A stretch of DNA of 64,000 bases from Lytechinus pictus. Taxonomy: Eukaryota. Of this stretch, positions 27,101 through 38,105 are shown piece by piece. A program made the translations under genes and the position numbers. Position 1 is the stretch's first letter. Each line of letters opens with the position of its first letter. The stretch spans positions 10,914,001 through 10,978,000 of the forward strand of contig NC_087251.1 of assembly GCF_037042905.1 (NCBI RefSeq), read 5' to 3'. A model generated the notes under the pieces. That model did no database searches, had not been told where the DNA came from, and saw only the letters and a list, made by a program, of their open reading frames with translations.

Positions 27101-27656
27101 TTCTATGTGCCTATATTCTTTATTGTATAATGTGTTCGAGTTAAGTATTCATTTTGTAAACAAAACAGATACTTATAGTATAGTGGACATTTCCATAACG
27201 CAAATAATATAACCCACCAAACTTGGTTATACATGTATAACGACGCTTAAATTTTACCCAAGCGTAACCAGACTTATGGACGCTGAGGGCATTCAAGGAT
27301 TTTCTTCCTTCATGTAGACATCTATCCGGATACACCTGGGTAGAGGGTGGTAAAATAAAAGATTGTCATTTATTCATCTGTGTGTTTAGGATCCCGAGTC
27401 GGTCAGTGGTGTGTTCCATTGGTGCAGAGCTGACTTCATGACGAAATACACAATGTTAGTCACAATAGCCAATGTCTTCAACCTTCCTCATGATCACATT
27501 AGAGCTAACCCAGTCCAACCAACAGGTGAAACGCCACGCCCCAAGGATTGCTCCATGGATCGATCAAAGCTGGTAAATCTGGGTATTGGACAGACCACAC
27601 CCTTCACCGAAGGGATACAAAAAGTGATGAAACCGTTCATCTCAAAAAATCAATGA
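4807..27656 (+). CDS. MAT2B: Methionine adenosyltransferase 2 subunit beta-like / RmlD-family extended SDR (5 exons, 301 aa)
   Basis: Exons 4807-4983, 5492-5606, 6061-6213, 25928-26121 and 27390-27656 are all GT-AG bounded with consistent phases (0,1,1,0) and total 906 nt. Motifs: [11 protein letters not shown] (Rossmann fold), [35 protein letters not shown] (YxxxK), [47 protein letters not shown], colinear with vertebrate MAT2B as recalled. Confidence 0.93.
6482..8203. mobile_element. Non-autonomous TIR element with internal ctcgcgcttcgcgctcgca tandem array
   Basis: Ends catagg-cggcggaagc / gcttccgccg, direct repeat gtcaggag at 6474-6481 and 8204-8211, and degenerate tandem units at about 6950-7930. 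Confidence 0.7.
11974..13611. mobile_element. Non-autonomous TIR element interrupted by a LINE fragment
   Basis: Termini cagtggcgtatctag / ctagatacgccatg and internal gcgcgaagcgcgag motifs. Confidence 0.6.
12385..13035 (-). mobile_element. L2/CR1-group LINE 3' fragment, degenerate
   Basis: LHWLPV..RI.FKI and AFSV.GPKLWN.LP motifs in ORF 12570-12881, with a (TTA)n-like tail at about 12385-12435. Confidence 0.8.
13681..13822. repeat. (TA)n microsatellite, interrupted
   Basis: Directly visible. Confidence 0.95.
20790..21966 (+). mobile_element. Degenerate CR1/L2-group (Crack-like) LINE 3' fragment
   Basis: LFADDT codons near 20815, KFLGV.LD near 21050 and YNSLVLP...YCNITWG..LQKK.LR in ORF 21101-21316. 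It ends in an aataaa-(tgaat)n-type tail. Boundaries are approximate. Confidence 0.75.
23155..23359 (-). pseudogene. Histamine N-methyltransferase-like first coding exon (orphan or fragment), nested antisense in MAT2B intron 3
   Basis: Acceptor tgtaacag at 23380-23387, ATG at 23359, reads [69 protein letters not shown], then a weak GT donor at 23154. It resembles the HNMT N-terminus up to SAM-binding motif I. No downstream HNMT exons were found. Confidence 0.6.
23850..24162. repeat. Compound microsatellite (ATT)n-(AGT)n
   Basis: Directly visible; it generates the poly-L and poly-I/poly-S ORFs. Confidence 0.97.
24625..24824. mobile_element. Foldback/hairpin MITE with 8-bp TSD
   Basis: Arms 24635-24724 and 24731-24820 are complementary at 86/90 positions around a 6-nt loop. 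The direct repeat gatggaat flanks it at 24617-24624 and 24825-24832. Confidence 0.85.
24963..25352. repeat. Element with degenerate tgactttggcct tandem units
   Basis: Repeated ccttggcct/gactttggcc motifs and imperfect termini gagtgttgtgc / gcacaccactg. Confidence 0.45.
25493..25654. mobile_element. Short palindromic MITE
   Basis: ggggagcgtttcat ... atgaaacgcccccc termini with internal tccgacaag/cttgtcgga inverted motifs. Confidence 0.6.
26320..27028. repeat. Degenerate gacctttgacc tandem-repeat element related to the 47-48 kb element
   Basis: About 4 units with tgacctttgaccc...cacatgtggtattac, ending in a gtctc...caggcgagac-aaaa stem-loop. Confidence 0.6.
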
Positions 27657-28166
27657 GATAATTTTTTTATTCGATAAACTGGTACTCGGCTCAGGCTTAC
27701 CAATCATACCGATAGCTACACTCGAAGAAACACAAGTCAAATGGATTTTGAAACCTCCTTGGTATTACTATTATGTATGATGCAGGGCTATGTGCAACTT
27801 TACACCTGTTATGTCGCACCTTTCATAAAGGAAAGCACCTTTAGAGTTAATTCTTTCAGAAAGGATATAGGCATGAATCTCTAAAGCAATTGAGTAACTT
27901 TTTGGACTTTTGCTAACATCAGTGTTGTGGGACCCTAAATGTCGTCAGTGCACGCAATTATGTTTCAAGAGGACAGCCATAAGTATCATTACATGCTCTG
28001 CTGTATAAAAATATTATTTTTCATCCGCTCCCTAGTCTTATTATTCTAAAACTTTAGCGGTTAATAGGCCATTATGACACAATTTGCAGACAATTTTTAA
28101 GATTGTTGTGTATCATAATTTAAGAGCTCAAAACTTTTGGACCTGAAAAACATCAAGGTTTACAAT

Positions 28167-31100
28167 ACAAGAATTGAAATATGGGGAAAAACCCTCCAAA
28201 TATTTTTTTAACCTTATGAAAAAACGTAGGACAGAAAAACAAATGATTCAACTGCTTGATAAAAATAATGATGAGTTATATATGGATGAGGAAATAAAAC
28301 GAGAAGTTCTCATGTTTTATGAAGAACTTTACGGTTTTCAACAGGTGTCAGATTTTCGTGATATTTTGCAAGAACTAAAAGAAATCGAACATAATCCAGT
28401 TTCAGACGAAAAAGCAAAAATGATAGAAGGAGAGATCTCTTTCGAAGAAATTCGTAAAGCAATTAACAATTTGAAGACGGGGAAATCCCCCGGTCAAGAT
28501 GGGTTTACTGCAGAATTTTATAAGTTTTTCATGCAAGATATTGGAATTTATTTATCAAGAAGTTTGAACTCAGCATTTGCTTGTGGAAACTTATCACATT
28601 ATCAATATTTAGGAATAATAACTTTGTTACCGAAGGGGAATAAGCCGAGAAACTTGCTCAGAAATTGGCGACCAATTTCTTTACTTAATGTCCAATATAA
28701 GATTCTTTCCCATTGTATTTCGAATAGAATAAAACCGTTGTTAGAAGAAAATATACACAACGATCAAAAAGGTTTTCTCGCTGGTAGATATATAGGTGAA
28801 AATATTAGAATTATTTATGATATAATTTCCTACACAGAAAATAATGACATACCTGGTATAATTCTTTTTATCGATTTTGAAAAGGCATTCGATTGTGTTT
28901 CGCATGATTTTTATGGAATGTACTGCACTTTTTCAATTATGGTGATAATATTATAAAATGGATTAAAGTTATGTATGCTAAATCTACTTCTAGTGTTTTG
29001 GTTAATGGCTGTTTAACCTCACGTTTCAACATTAAAAGAGGATGTCGCCAAGGGGACCCCCCCTCTCTCCCTATTTGTTTATACTGTGTGCAGAGATCTT
29101 AGGAATGTTAGTAAGAAAATCTCAACGGATTGAAGGCATAGTTATTGATAAAAAAGAATACAAACTATTGCAATATGCAGATGACACCGTTTTGTTTCTC
29201 GATAGTAAGGAAAGTTTGCAAAATGCACTAGACCTTTTAGACATGTTCTCGAAATATTCTGGTTTAAAGGTTAACATGACTAAACGCAAATATTGTGTAT
29301 TGGGTCTCTGAAAAAAACTGTTCAGATTGATTTGCCTGTGACTGATAAAACGTTGATTAACATGAAATTCGTTAGATATTTAGGAATCGATTTCTGTATT
29401 GGTCTGAAAAATCTCCCTGATTTCAATTATAATAGAGTATTTGATAAACTAAAAAGACAAATGATATCATGGTCAAAGCGTAATATTTCTGTATTTGGTC
29501 GTGTAATCCTTGTCAAATCATTGCTTGTTTCACAATTCAATCATTTATTCATGTCTATTCCAAATCCGTCTAAACATCTTTTAAAATCAGTAAATGTGTC
29601 TTTTTACAAATTTATATGGAAGGGGAAACCCGACAAAATAAGCAGGAAACAGATTGTTTGTAACTATGAAAATGGTGGACTTAAAATGATCGATGTTGGA
29701 CACTTTTCTAGAGCTTTGAAGCTGTCTTGGATAAGAAGAATACTGTCAAACTCATGTGAAGAAGTTTCTCATTTAATGTATGCATTTTTGAAACCGTTAG
29801 TAACATTAGAATGGGGTAAAGGGGATATATATTTCACCAAACTATCACTCATGGTCCGAAACAGTTTTTGGAAGGAAATCTTTATTATAGTTTCCTCCTT
29901 TATTCGAAATGTTCAGTGTACTTCTCTTTTTTGGCCGGCTATTCCTTTATGGTACAATTCTGATGTAAAAATTGGTGGAAAAGGTATATTCTTAAAGGAA
30001 TGGTGGGACAAAGGCATTAGATTTATTAACGATTTATTAGATGAGAATGGAAAACTTCTGGAAAGAGAAGAGTGTGAAAAAAGATTTTCAATCAAAATTC
30101 AGTTTCTTCATTATTATGTCTTATGGCAGATTATTAAATGTAAGTATAAAGCTCAGTTGAATACGTGTAATATGAAATCTAATGAACCATTATGCCCTGC
30201 TTATATCTTTCATTTACTGAAGGACAAAAAAGGATGTAGACATGTATATTATATCATGTTAAAAGAAAATGATGATAACTTGACTAAATTGTGTAATAGA
30301 TGGTTTGTCAATGGCATTTCGATGGACACCAGAGATATGAAAAATTATTTTAAAACGATGTTTCGATGTACAACTTATACTACAATGAGGTACTTTCAGT
30401 ACCGACTGCTAAATAAGATATTATATTTGAATAAGGATCTTGTAAAGATGAAAATAACTGCAGATGCAAAATGCTCTTTTTGTGGAAGGGAAGAAGAAAA
30501 CGCTATACATTTTTTTTATCAATGTCATGTGGTAAATCTTATCTGGGTACGATTTACAGACTGGTTATACAGTTTAACAAGATTTAGAATAAATCTTTCT
30601 GCTGTACATGTTTTGTTTGGTTTCACAGAAAAAAGAAACGATGCTTTAAATTGTTTAATAATTTGGACGAAACAACAAGTATACTCTGCTCGTGTGGAAA
30701 AAACCATACCTAATTTTGAGAAAATTAAACAATATATAAGAAAATGTTACAAAAATGAGAGGCAAATCAGTATTATGGAAAACAAAACACATAAATTTGA
30801 TAAAAAATAGGTAAATTTCGAAAGAATTCTTGTCATTTTGTAATAAGATTTCCGGACCTTTATATGTATTTCTGTTTAATGTAAACATATTTTCATGATG
30901 AATGTGCAGTGTGTTTCGGGTGAGAGGTGATCAATTATTGTTGGAGTGGCCTTGTTCGGTGCTCATTTGTTCTTTGCTGCTGCAAGTGTCGGCGGCGGAA
31001 CGGATGGGTGTAGGACATGGCCACTCTAGTATCGGTTGTCTTTTGCTTGAAACGCCCTGTAGGCCTATACTTTGTACAAAATTATGCTATGTGTGTATGA

Positions 31101-31189
31101 TATGTTATTTCATTTATGTCATTGTTAAAATGTTTATGCAAATATATGCCCTATCGGAGGGAAATAACAAAAAGCTTTAAAAAAAAAAA
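28167..31189 (+). mobile_element. 5'-truncated L1/Tx1-clade non-LTR retrotransposon (ORF2 RT plus C-terminal Cys/His finger)
   Basis: ORF pieces 28174-28956, 29042-29311 and 29293-30810 carry KSPGQDG, WRPISLLN, IDFEKAFD, QGDP/LSP, QYADD and CSFC...H...C. Poly(A) at 31179-31189. Direct repeat aaggtttacaat at 28155-28166 and 31190-31201. Confidence 0.95.
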
Positions 31190-32275
31190 AAGGTTTACAA
31201 TGGGATAGATGACTGATTTTTCTCTTGCCATTTTTCAGTCGTACTTTATAGTTTTGTAGTTTCACATTGCTGTGAAAAAAAAATCGTTCAGAATCATTTT
31301 TCCCGTTCTTACTGTTAGATTAATTCATTTTTTTATTATGAGATAATATACTGCAGTTACAACGACAATAATGAATATCTATGAGTAGTAATGTTTACAA
31401 GGTTTATGGTAATATATCGTTTCATTTGATTAAATTAATTATTGGACGAATCTTGTGTTCATCTTCTCTGCATTTTGAACTTAAAATTTTGAAAACCCGA
31501 CGCAATAGGTTTTTTCTTCATGCAAGCCTGTGCACTGGATGGAGACGACGACGATGACAACAGTAAGAGGGTGGTGTCAGAGACGAGGCGGTCCACATTT
31601 TAAACCAACTCCTTTGAAAAAAAAAAGGAACCATTGGGCCCCTCGTCATGCCCGAGCTGCCGAACCCTTGAGGATGCTAAAGTCACTGGCCCATGTTATG
31701 AAATCGGGGTTGGTCTAACTCTGCTAAAATAATTACATGGTATGCTGAAAATATAACCAAAAAAATGCTTACATTGTACGATTGATTTTCGCTGTTTGTT
31801 TATTTATTTTCCGATTATTAAAAAACACAATAGATAAATAACATAGATGGCATCAATTGAAATAAACAAAATGAATTGCAAATATGTTGAATAGATAAAA
31901 TAATCGAAATGATTGCCCATTTTAGAGTCATTAACATAATTACTCTGTTCTTCCATGGGGTCCACTATAATCATGCGATATAGCTCCTTCATCATGCTAT
32001 ATAGTGACGAAGAAAATTGATTCAGTTATTATTCTAATGCAGACAGTTGAAAACGAACAGAGTAAGACATTAACAGCTGATAAATCTAATTTGTACTTTT
32101 CTTGATTTTTTCACAGTTGGCTTTCCATAGTTAAACCAGAACGTTAGACCAGGGTTTGAATCAAACTCAAGTTCAGAATACGGACCATTCTATTTCTGCT
32201 TATGACTTCCATGAATCCCTGAAGATGCACCGCACTTTCCAGTTTTAATGAACTAGATGAGAGTAGTCATATTAA

Positions 32276-33200
32276 GGACGTTCCACAGTTAAAGTGAAAT
32301 CCATGTCATTTTCACCAAACTTTGCACATAGATACTTTAGAACCTTAATATTCGAAATACGCAAAAATCAACATAGGTCCATGTGCTTGATTTTTTGCTA
32401 TAGAGTTTCAAAGTTCACCCAAATTGATGTTCTTAAGAATTGCGCATTTAAAAGAATTCGGCATTTTTAGACCGCCCAAGATTACTACAATGAGTTTAAA
32501 CCTCTATTGCTCAGTCAAAATACATGAAAAAGTCATCAAATTTCGCAAGAGAGTTAATAATTGTATCGTTAGAATGGAGAATCTATTTATAGTGCTATTT
32601 GTTTGCAATTTTAAGTTTAACAGCACGTTCCGTTCTTAAAAATGGCGCAAAAGATAACAAAATCCCAATCTAAAAAATGTGAAATTTCAGTAACAAACTA
32701 CAAAAGTACAATAAATGCTGCACTTTATTCAAAATCCATGTCATTTTCACCAACTTTTGCAGAGGAAGGTATACCTAAGACGTACAAACATTAAAAAATA
32801 GGGGTTCATGTGCTTGTTTTTAAACTATCAGTATTTTATTAGAGCAAATGTGCTTTTTAAAACACCAAAAATGCGCCGAATGCTTTGTATCTATGTGAAG
32901 AAAAAATCAAAACCACTCACCATTTATTCAAAGTCGGGGTAATATTCGTGATTCTTGGCAGCACTGCAGAGTAAAGTATTTTGAAATTTTAGATATATTT
33001 TTTTTAATGGTCCATGGAATAATTCAATTTTTTAGCTTCATGAAGTAACGCATCGGATCTGCAGTTAAAGTGCAGAAGATGAGAAAAATCAGCTCATACC
33101 CGCAGCTAATTAATCACCTGTTCATCCATTGTGACGTCAGCGCACAGAGTGTAAACTATGCGCAGATCATAATGCGCACAAACATAACTGTGGAACGTCC
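32276..33200. mobile_element. Non-autonomous TTAA-targeting DNA transposon (Kolobok-like)
   Basis: Perfect 16-bp TIR GGACGTTCCACAGTTA at both ends, flanked by TTAA at 32272-32275 and 33201-33204. Confidence 0.88.
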
Positions 33201-34406
33201 TTAAAAGTTACATTATGACAGCGCTTCTTGGTTATAATAAAGGATCATTACTTTCAATATTTATCGAAGTCACCAACTATTACAGACTCTTACTTTCAAT
33301 AATTTGTTCATTATAATTCAAAGTAAGTATCGATTTCCATAGTATCTTTGCAAATAGGGATCAAGTTTTAGTTACACATCAATTAATAATGCTATATATC
33401 CACTGAATACAATAACATGAGTAGAATATATATTTTAGGTATGCTTCTTAAAACGAAGAAAATTACAATTCAAGTGGACACACAGTATATATTTTCACAG
33501 CATACAGGTACAAAAGTATATCAGATACATTCATTTAAAAAAAATACCTGAAAAAATCATAGCAATAGAAAAGTGAGGTGAACATAGTATAAAATTACGT
33601 ACATAGAGCATAAGACTTGTGTAATACTTTTCAATTCAATTTAAATCCTTTTATGGGAATCTATTATTTCCATTCTCAAATTATACCCCAAACTTGCATA
33701 CTCTCCATTACATTATATTAACATAAATACAAAATTCAGAGAGCTATATATAGGGAATTGAAATCATTAGTGATTTTCAATGCTACCAAATATAAAATAC
33801 CTTAGTTATGCATCTAATTGACTTCAAAACATGATATGTGTACGCAATAAATGAATTCGGTGAAATGAGATGCATAAGCATATTTTCAGAAAATCAAATT
33901 TCAACAGATAAATTAATATGAAGGCCGATAGTCGGGCGTGTCTCGGTCAATGAAACAGATACATCTTACCAGCATATCGATTATGAAATTCTTGTTTTAC
34001 TAATAAATTTAAGAAAATAAGCGAAGATAGAATATGCTATTCTCAGCATACTAAGTTACGACAATCATCTGAAGAGGTAAGTTTGCGGGTCATCATATTT
34101 CAGGCTAAATTTTCCATCCTGGGAACCTGATGATATTACAATTTTTCCTCATTTTGTAATGAGTCAAAGTATATAAAAGTTCCATTAACCTCAATTTTGG
34201 CTACTTGAGCTTTGAACTTCAAAAAAGGTGTGACACTATGGTGGGAACACCTCCATCCCGAGTAGAGCGTCAGGTTTCACATCAGTGGAATAGAAGAGTC
34301 GCGGGGATATTGCACCTAGACTTGAAAAAAAGGATAGTGAACAATCATGGTAATATGGCAGCAATTTAATTCAACAAATTCGTGCATTTTCTTTTTGTAT
34401 CCAGTC

Positions 34407-35021
34407 TCATGACTCGATGTAAAGCTTCGAGTAAGAACTTGACCGATTAACTTTCGGAATCTCCATCACATGAAACTTCGGAAACTGTCGCTCCAGGACA
34501 TACACGGTTTTGAGATTTTCCATTGACCGTTCGGCTGAACTCGTTAATCTTCGGTCCTGTGCATCCACGTACATCTCGATGTATCCAAGATATATCTCCA
34601 GCTTCGGCAGAGTCGTCTTCAATCCATTCAGGAGCTGATCAATGAAGATGATGCAATCATTACATGGGGATAAGTAGGTGAAGAGGTACAGCGAATGTTG
34701 GGCGTGGTCGTTCAGGTGTACCATATCTTGGAGATTCGATATGAGGTGACAAAGGACTCGTTGTTCAGCGTGCTCAATGATGCCATTGGCCTCTCTGCAA
34801 CTTGTAGCGACGGCAAAATCCCAACTAAGGAATCCCCCACCTCCGAATGGATGACCTCGGTAGATAGGTTTCTCACTGTCAAGTCCAGCCATGTCCAAAG
34901 AGAAAGCAGCAAATTGTTTGCGACCAGGGGATCGCATGCTGAATTCATCTCTGAAAGTTAGATACAGACGCTTGAAATATTCCTCGACTGAGTGCGTTCT
35001 GAATTCTTGATAAAATTCCAT
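34407..35021 (-). CDS. AID/APOBEC-like (SNAD-like) zinc-dependent cytidine deaminase, 204 aa
   Basis: Intact ORF with HAE (34764-34772) and SPCNDC (34653-34670) zinc/catalytic motifs 32 residues apart. It has a hydrophobic strand LYLFTYLSPC, an N-terminal KQFAAF strand and a downstream EIYLGY..Y strand. The start context aaaATGg is strong and a splice acceptor lies upstream at 35111-35125. Confidence 0.88.
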   Translation of the reverse strand: MEFYQEFRTHSVEEYFKRLYLTFRDEFSMRSPGRKQFAAFSLDMAGLDSEKPIYRGHPFGGGGFLSWDFAVATSCREANGIIEHAEQRVLCHLISNLQDMVHLNDHAQHSLYLFTYLSPCNDCIIFIDQLLNGLKTTLPKLEIYLGYIEMYVDAQDRRLTSSAERSMENLKTVYVLERQFPKFHVMEIPKVNRSSSYSKLYIES

Positions 35022-35480
35022 TTTTTCTGGATTCTCTCAGAAATGTTCAGGAAGTAGTCCTGTTCGATATTATCCCCAATGCGATTTATTGTTTCAGGTT
35101 CAGGAGGCCTCTAGCTAAAAAAAGAAACAATAACTTCTTGATCAAGGATCTGAACTTGAATGTCTCGATAGCATTGTCCAAGAATAACAAGTTGAAAAAA
35201 TCATTTCAATCCTGGTTTTCTAAACCATAAATAGTTTTCACCGTAATAATGTTCATGCATGCACCGAATAATATTGGTTACAGACTAAACGAACGAGCAC
35301 CGCCCCGCGACTAATCATGATTCAGAAAAAGAATCTGTTTATAAACATAATGTCTGGGGAATCCCCATCATCTATGTCGATGGATACGTATACATGCGAT
35401 CATTTACGATCATTGCGCAACACCATGTGTTGCATCAAAATATCTTTTAATCATTGCAGGGCCATTGTCGTGACTCTTAC

Positions 35481-35560
35481 CATGGTTATGACCGGGGTTA
35501 TGACGGGCAAACATTGATGACGTTAATGCAAAAATAATTGCTAAGATTGATCTATTCAAC
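35481..35560 (-). other. Putative upstream (5'UTR or first-codon) exon of the deaminase gene
   Basis: Bounded on the minus strand by the acceptor cttttttgcag (35561-35571) and the donor ATG|gtaaga (35480). Confidence 0.5.
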
Positions 35561-35929
35561 CTGCAAAAAAGGTTAAATTATTAAGTTACGAGTTTTAATA
35601 GGTACAACTCAGATTTTCTCAGATGCCAAATGTGTATGTAACCTACATGGCGAAAAAAATTGACATGATGTAGGACAATAATATACCTAATATGCCGACT
35701 TTAAAAAATCACACTATATGGGGCTAGTATCATGAAAATATACATTTCCTTTGTTCAAATAAGACACGCTTGTCGATGGAGGGGGGGGGGGTAAACTATA
35801 TCGAGGGACCATAGCTACAGGATAGAGAATGGAAGGAAAAATGTAGGAGAGGAAAGAATGGAGACGGCATGAAAGGGGGAGGGAGGGGGGAGAGCGAAGA
35901 GGGAGAGAGAGAGCGAGCGAAGAGGGAAT

Positions 35930-36051
35930 GAGAATTTCCTACCCACGAGAAACAACTTGCCTGATGCATCATGCATACGATTCAGGGAAATCCCCTTGAC
36001 GACAACAGCTCTGCGACGGGGGAATTCCCTGAGAGCCATTTCATTACGTCA
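35930..36051. promoter_or_regulatory. Cluster of NF-kB-type sites plus a CRE/bZIP-like site upstream of the deaminase
   Basis: GGGAAATCCCC at 35985-35995, palindromic GGGAATTCCC at 36020-36029, one-mismatch GAGAATTTCC at 35930-35939, and TTACGTCA at 36044-36051. Confidence 0.55.
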
Positions 36052-37683
36052 TCTCACACAATGTTCCAAAAAATAATTCCAAAATAATTTGACTTTGTAA
36101 TTAATTTCGCACTGCACAATTTCACGTGTTCAAATATGTTGATCATCATCATACTGATTATACTAAGCACTAAATTAATTTACATTTTATTTTTAACAAA
36201 GAAATAACAACTATTGTCACATTAATCTAATTCAAAAATATGCGATCTAAGTTTATTAGATATATCAAAACAATCATAAATATATTCATTTCAGATTAGT
36301 CACACCAAATTGATACATTCCAATCATTATCAATATTTCATGAAGAAAAATCACTGTAAAAAATAATGATAAACGAATGGAGAACTATGTAATCAGTTTG
36401 AAATAATGAAAACAATTTTTTTTTTTGGGGGGGGTATAATAATAGTTGATGCTTTATACTATCACCAATGCCATCATCATATTATTTTCATAATGTACCT
36501 CTCTGGAAGCAGGCAAAATTCTCTTGCTGAATCCAAAAAATTAACCGTCAATGTAAATCAAATCATCATATTCATAAAATAGGGTTTATGAATTTACACA
36601 AAGATGACATATCAAAAAGAAATCATGTGGTTTGGCAATGCCATGCTCTTAAAAGAAAAGGAAAAAAAACAGGAATAATGTAAAAACATGTTCTTCCACA
36701 ATTCAAAATATATAGCCGTGAGAATCATCACAATAATAATAAGAATGATGATAATATTACAGTAATAATGATACTTTTAATCTACTGCTTCTGCAACTAC
36801 TAATTACGTCTGCTAATAATAATAACAATAATAACAATTCAACATGTTTCCTGAATATATCCTTTCCAAACATTATATTGAAATGAAATATAATGGTCAA
36901 AGCTATAAAATTATCATATAACCCATAACCATTTTTTTAATGGAAACTGGTGATTTGTCATGTTCCATTAAACTAAAGTATAAAACTATAAATTTATTCT
37001 TCCTGTGGAAACAACCTTTACCAAGGTTAGCATACCTTCTACTGAAAACATACTGGACACCACAGAATTATCTAAAAAAATTAAAGAAACCATATAATTA
37101 AATATCAACCCTCAATAAAAGATTAATTGTTCTACATTACTTATAATATTCGATTGATTGAATGCAGCGATGTCAAAATAGAGTTAACTAGGACTTGGAA
37201 AACATAATGAGTTGAAATAAAAAAACACATAAGAACAGAATACTCCTGATGAGGAACAATGGAATACGTAAATCAAGAGATTTCATCGACCAGAAAGAAC
37301 ATCGGAGTTATATCATTTAGAACAATTTTAAGTACATCTACTTTCTAAAAACTTAAACACGGCCTAATTTCCATGGCATAATTCCATTCATTCTGATTTC
37401 AACATCAGATCATTACTCACACCAAACACAAATTTTGAGATGGCAATATGACTGTAAACTCTAATATTGAATTTGGAAGAAAAAAATTGGTATTCCCAAG
37501 GAATCTACCAAACCTACAACCTGTAATATTTCATCTTAAGCTATTAATGTGATTAAGATCAGGAAGATTTTTTGTCTTCTACATATTCAATTCATGGATA
37601 ATGTTGTGTTTTATTTGAAGAATAGATGTATGGGATAACTGCCTGATGTTATTCTTATTATAGTAGTATATAATATACATTGG

Positions 37684-38010
37684 GGCCCGTATTCTGAAGT
37701 CAGGTTTAACTTAGACCACGGTCTAACTCTGACCACAGTCTAACTCTGTGCTAAAATTATGGGAAGCCAAACGTTTCAAAGTTTTGTTACGATGAATGCT
37801 TCTCATGTTTACAGTGCTCTTTACTAATTCTTTAATGGTGAAGACAACTGTCATACTTATCCTTCCCAGGCAGTTAATAATGTTTTGGGAGTCAAATGAG
37901 CTGACACATTGAACCTCTACTGTTAGAGATATATGTAACAACTGGCTCTCCATAGTTAACCAAAACTTAGAACCAGAGTTTAAATTAAACCCGACTTCAG
38001 AATATGGGCC
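37684..38010. mobile_element. MITE in the cysteine synthase 3' flank
   Basis: TIR ggcccgtattctgaagtcaggtttaa / ttaaacccgacttcagaatatgggcc. A degenerate relative lies at about 31687-32187. Confidence 0.7.
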
Positions 38011-38105
38011 AAAGAGACAATTTATTTCACTTGAGAATATGACTTGCTATGAAGCACACCTAGTGTCTTGAGAGAACAATAATGTGAGGTCATTCCTAGA
38101 GGTCA

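Noticed and set aside
35021..35027. Programmed -1 ribosomal frameshift at the deaminase A run
   Set aside because: The in-frame heptamer G_AAA_AAA is not a canonical X_XXY_YYZ site and no stimulatory structure was identified; an indel or a uORF is the simpler explanation.
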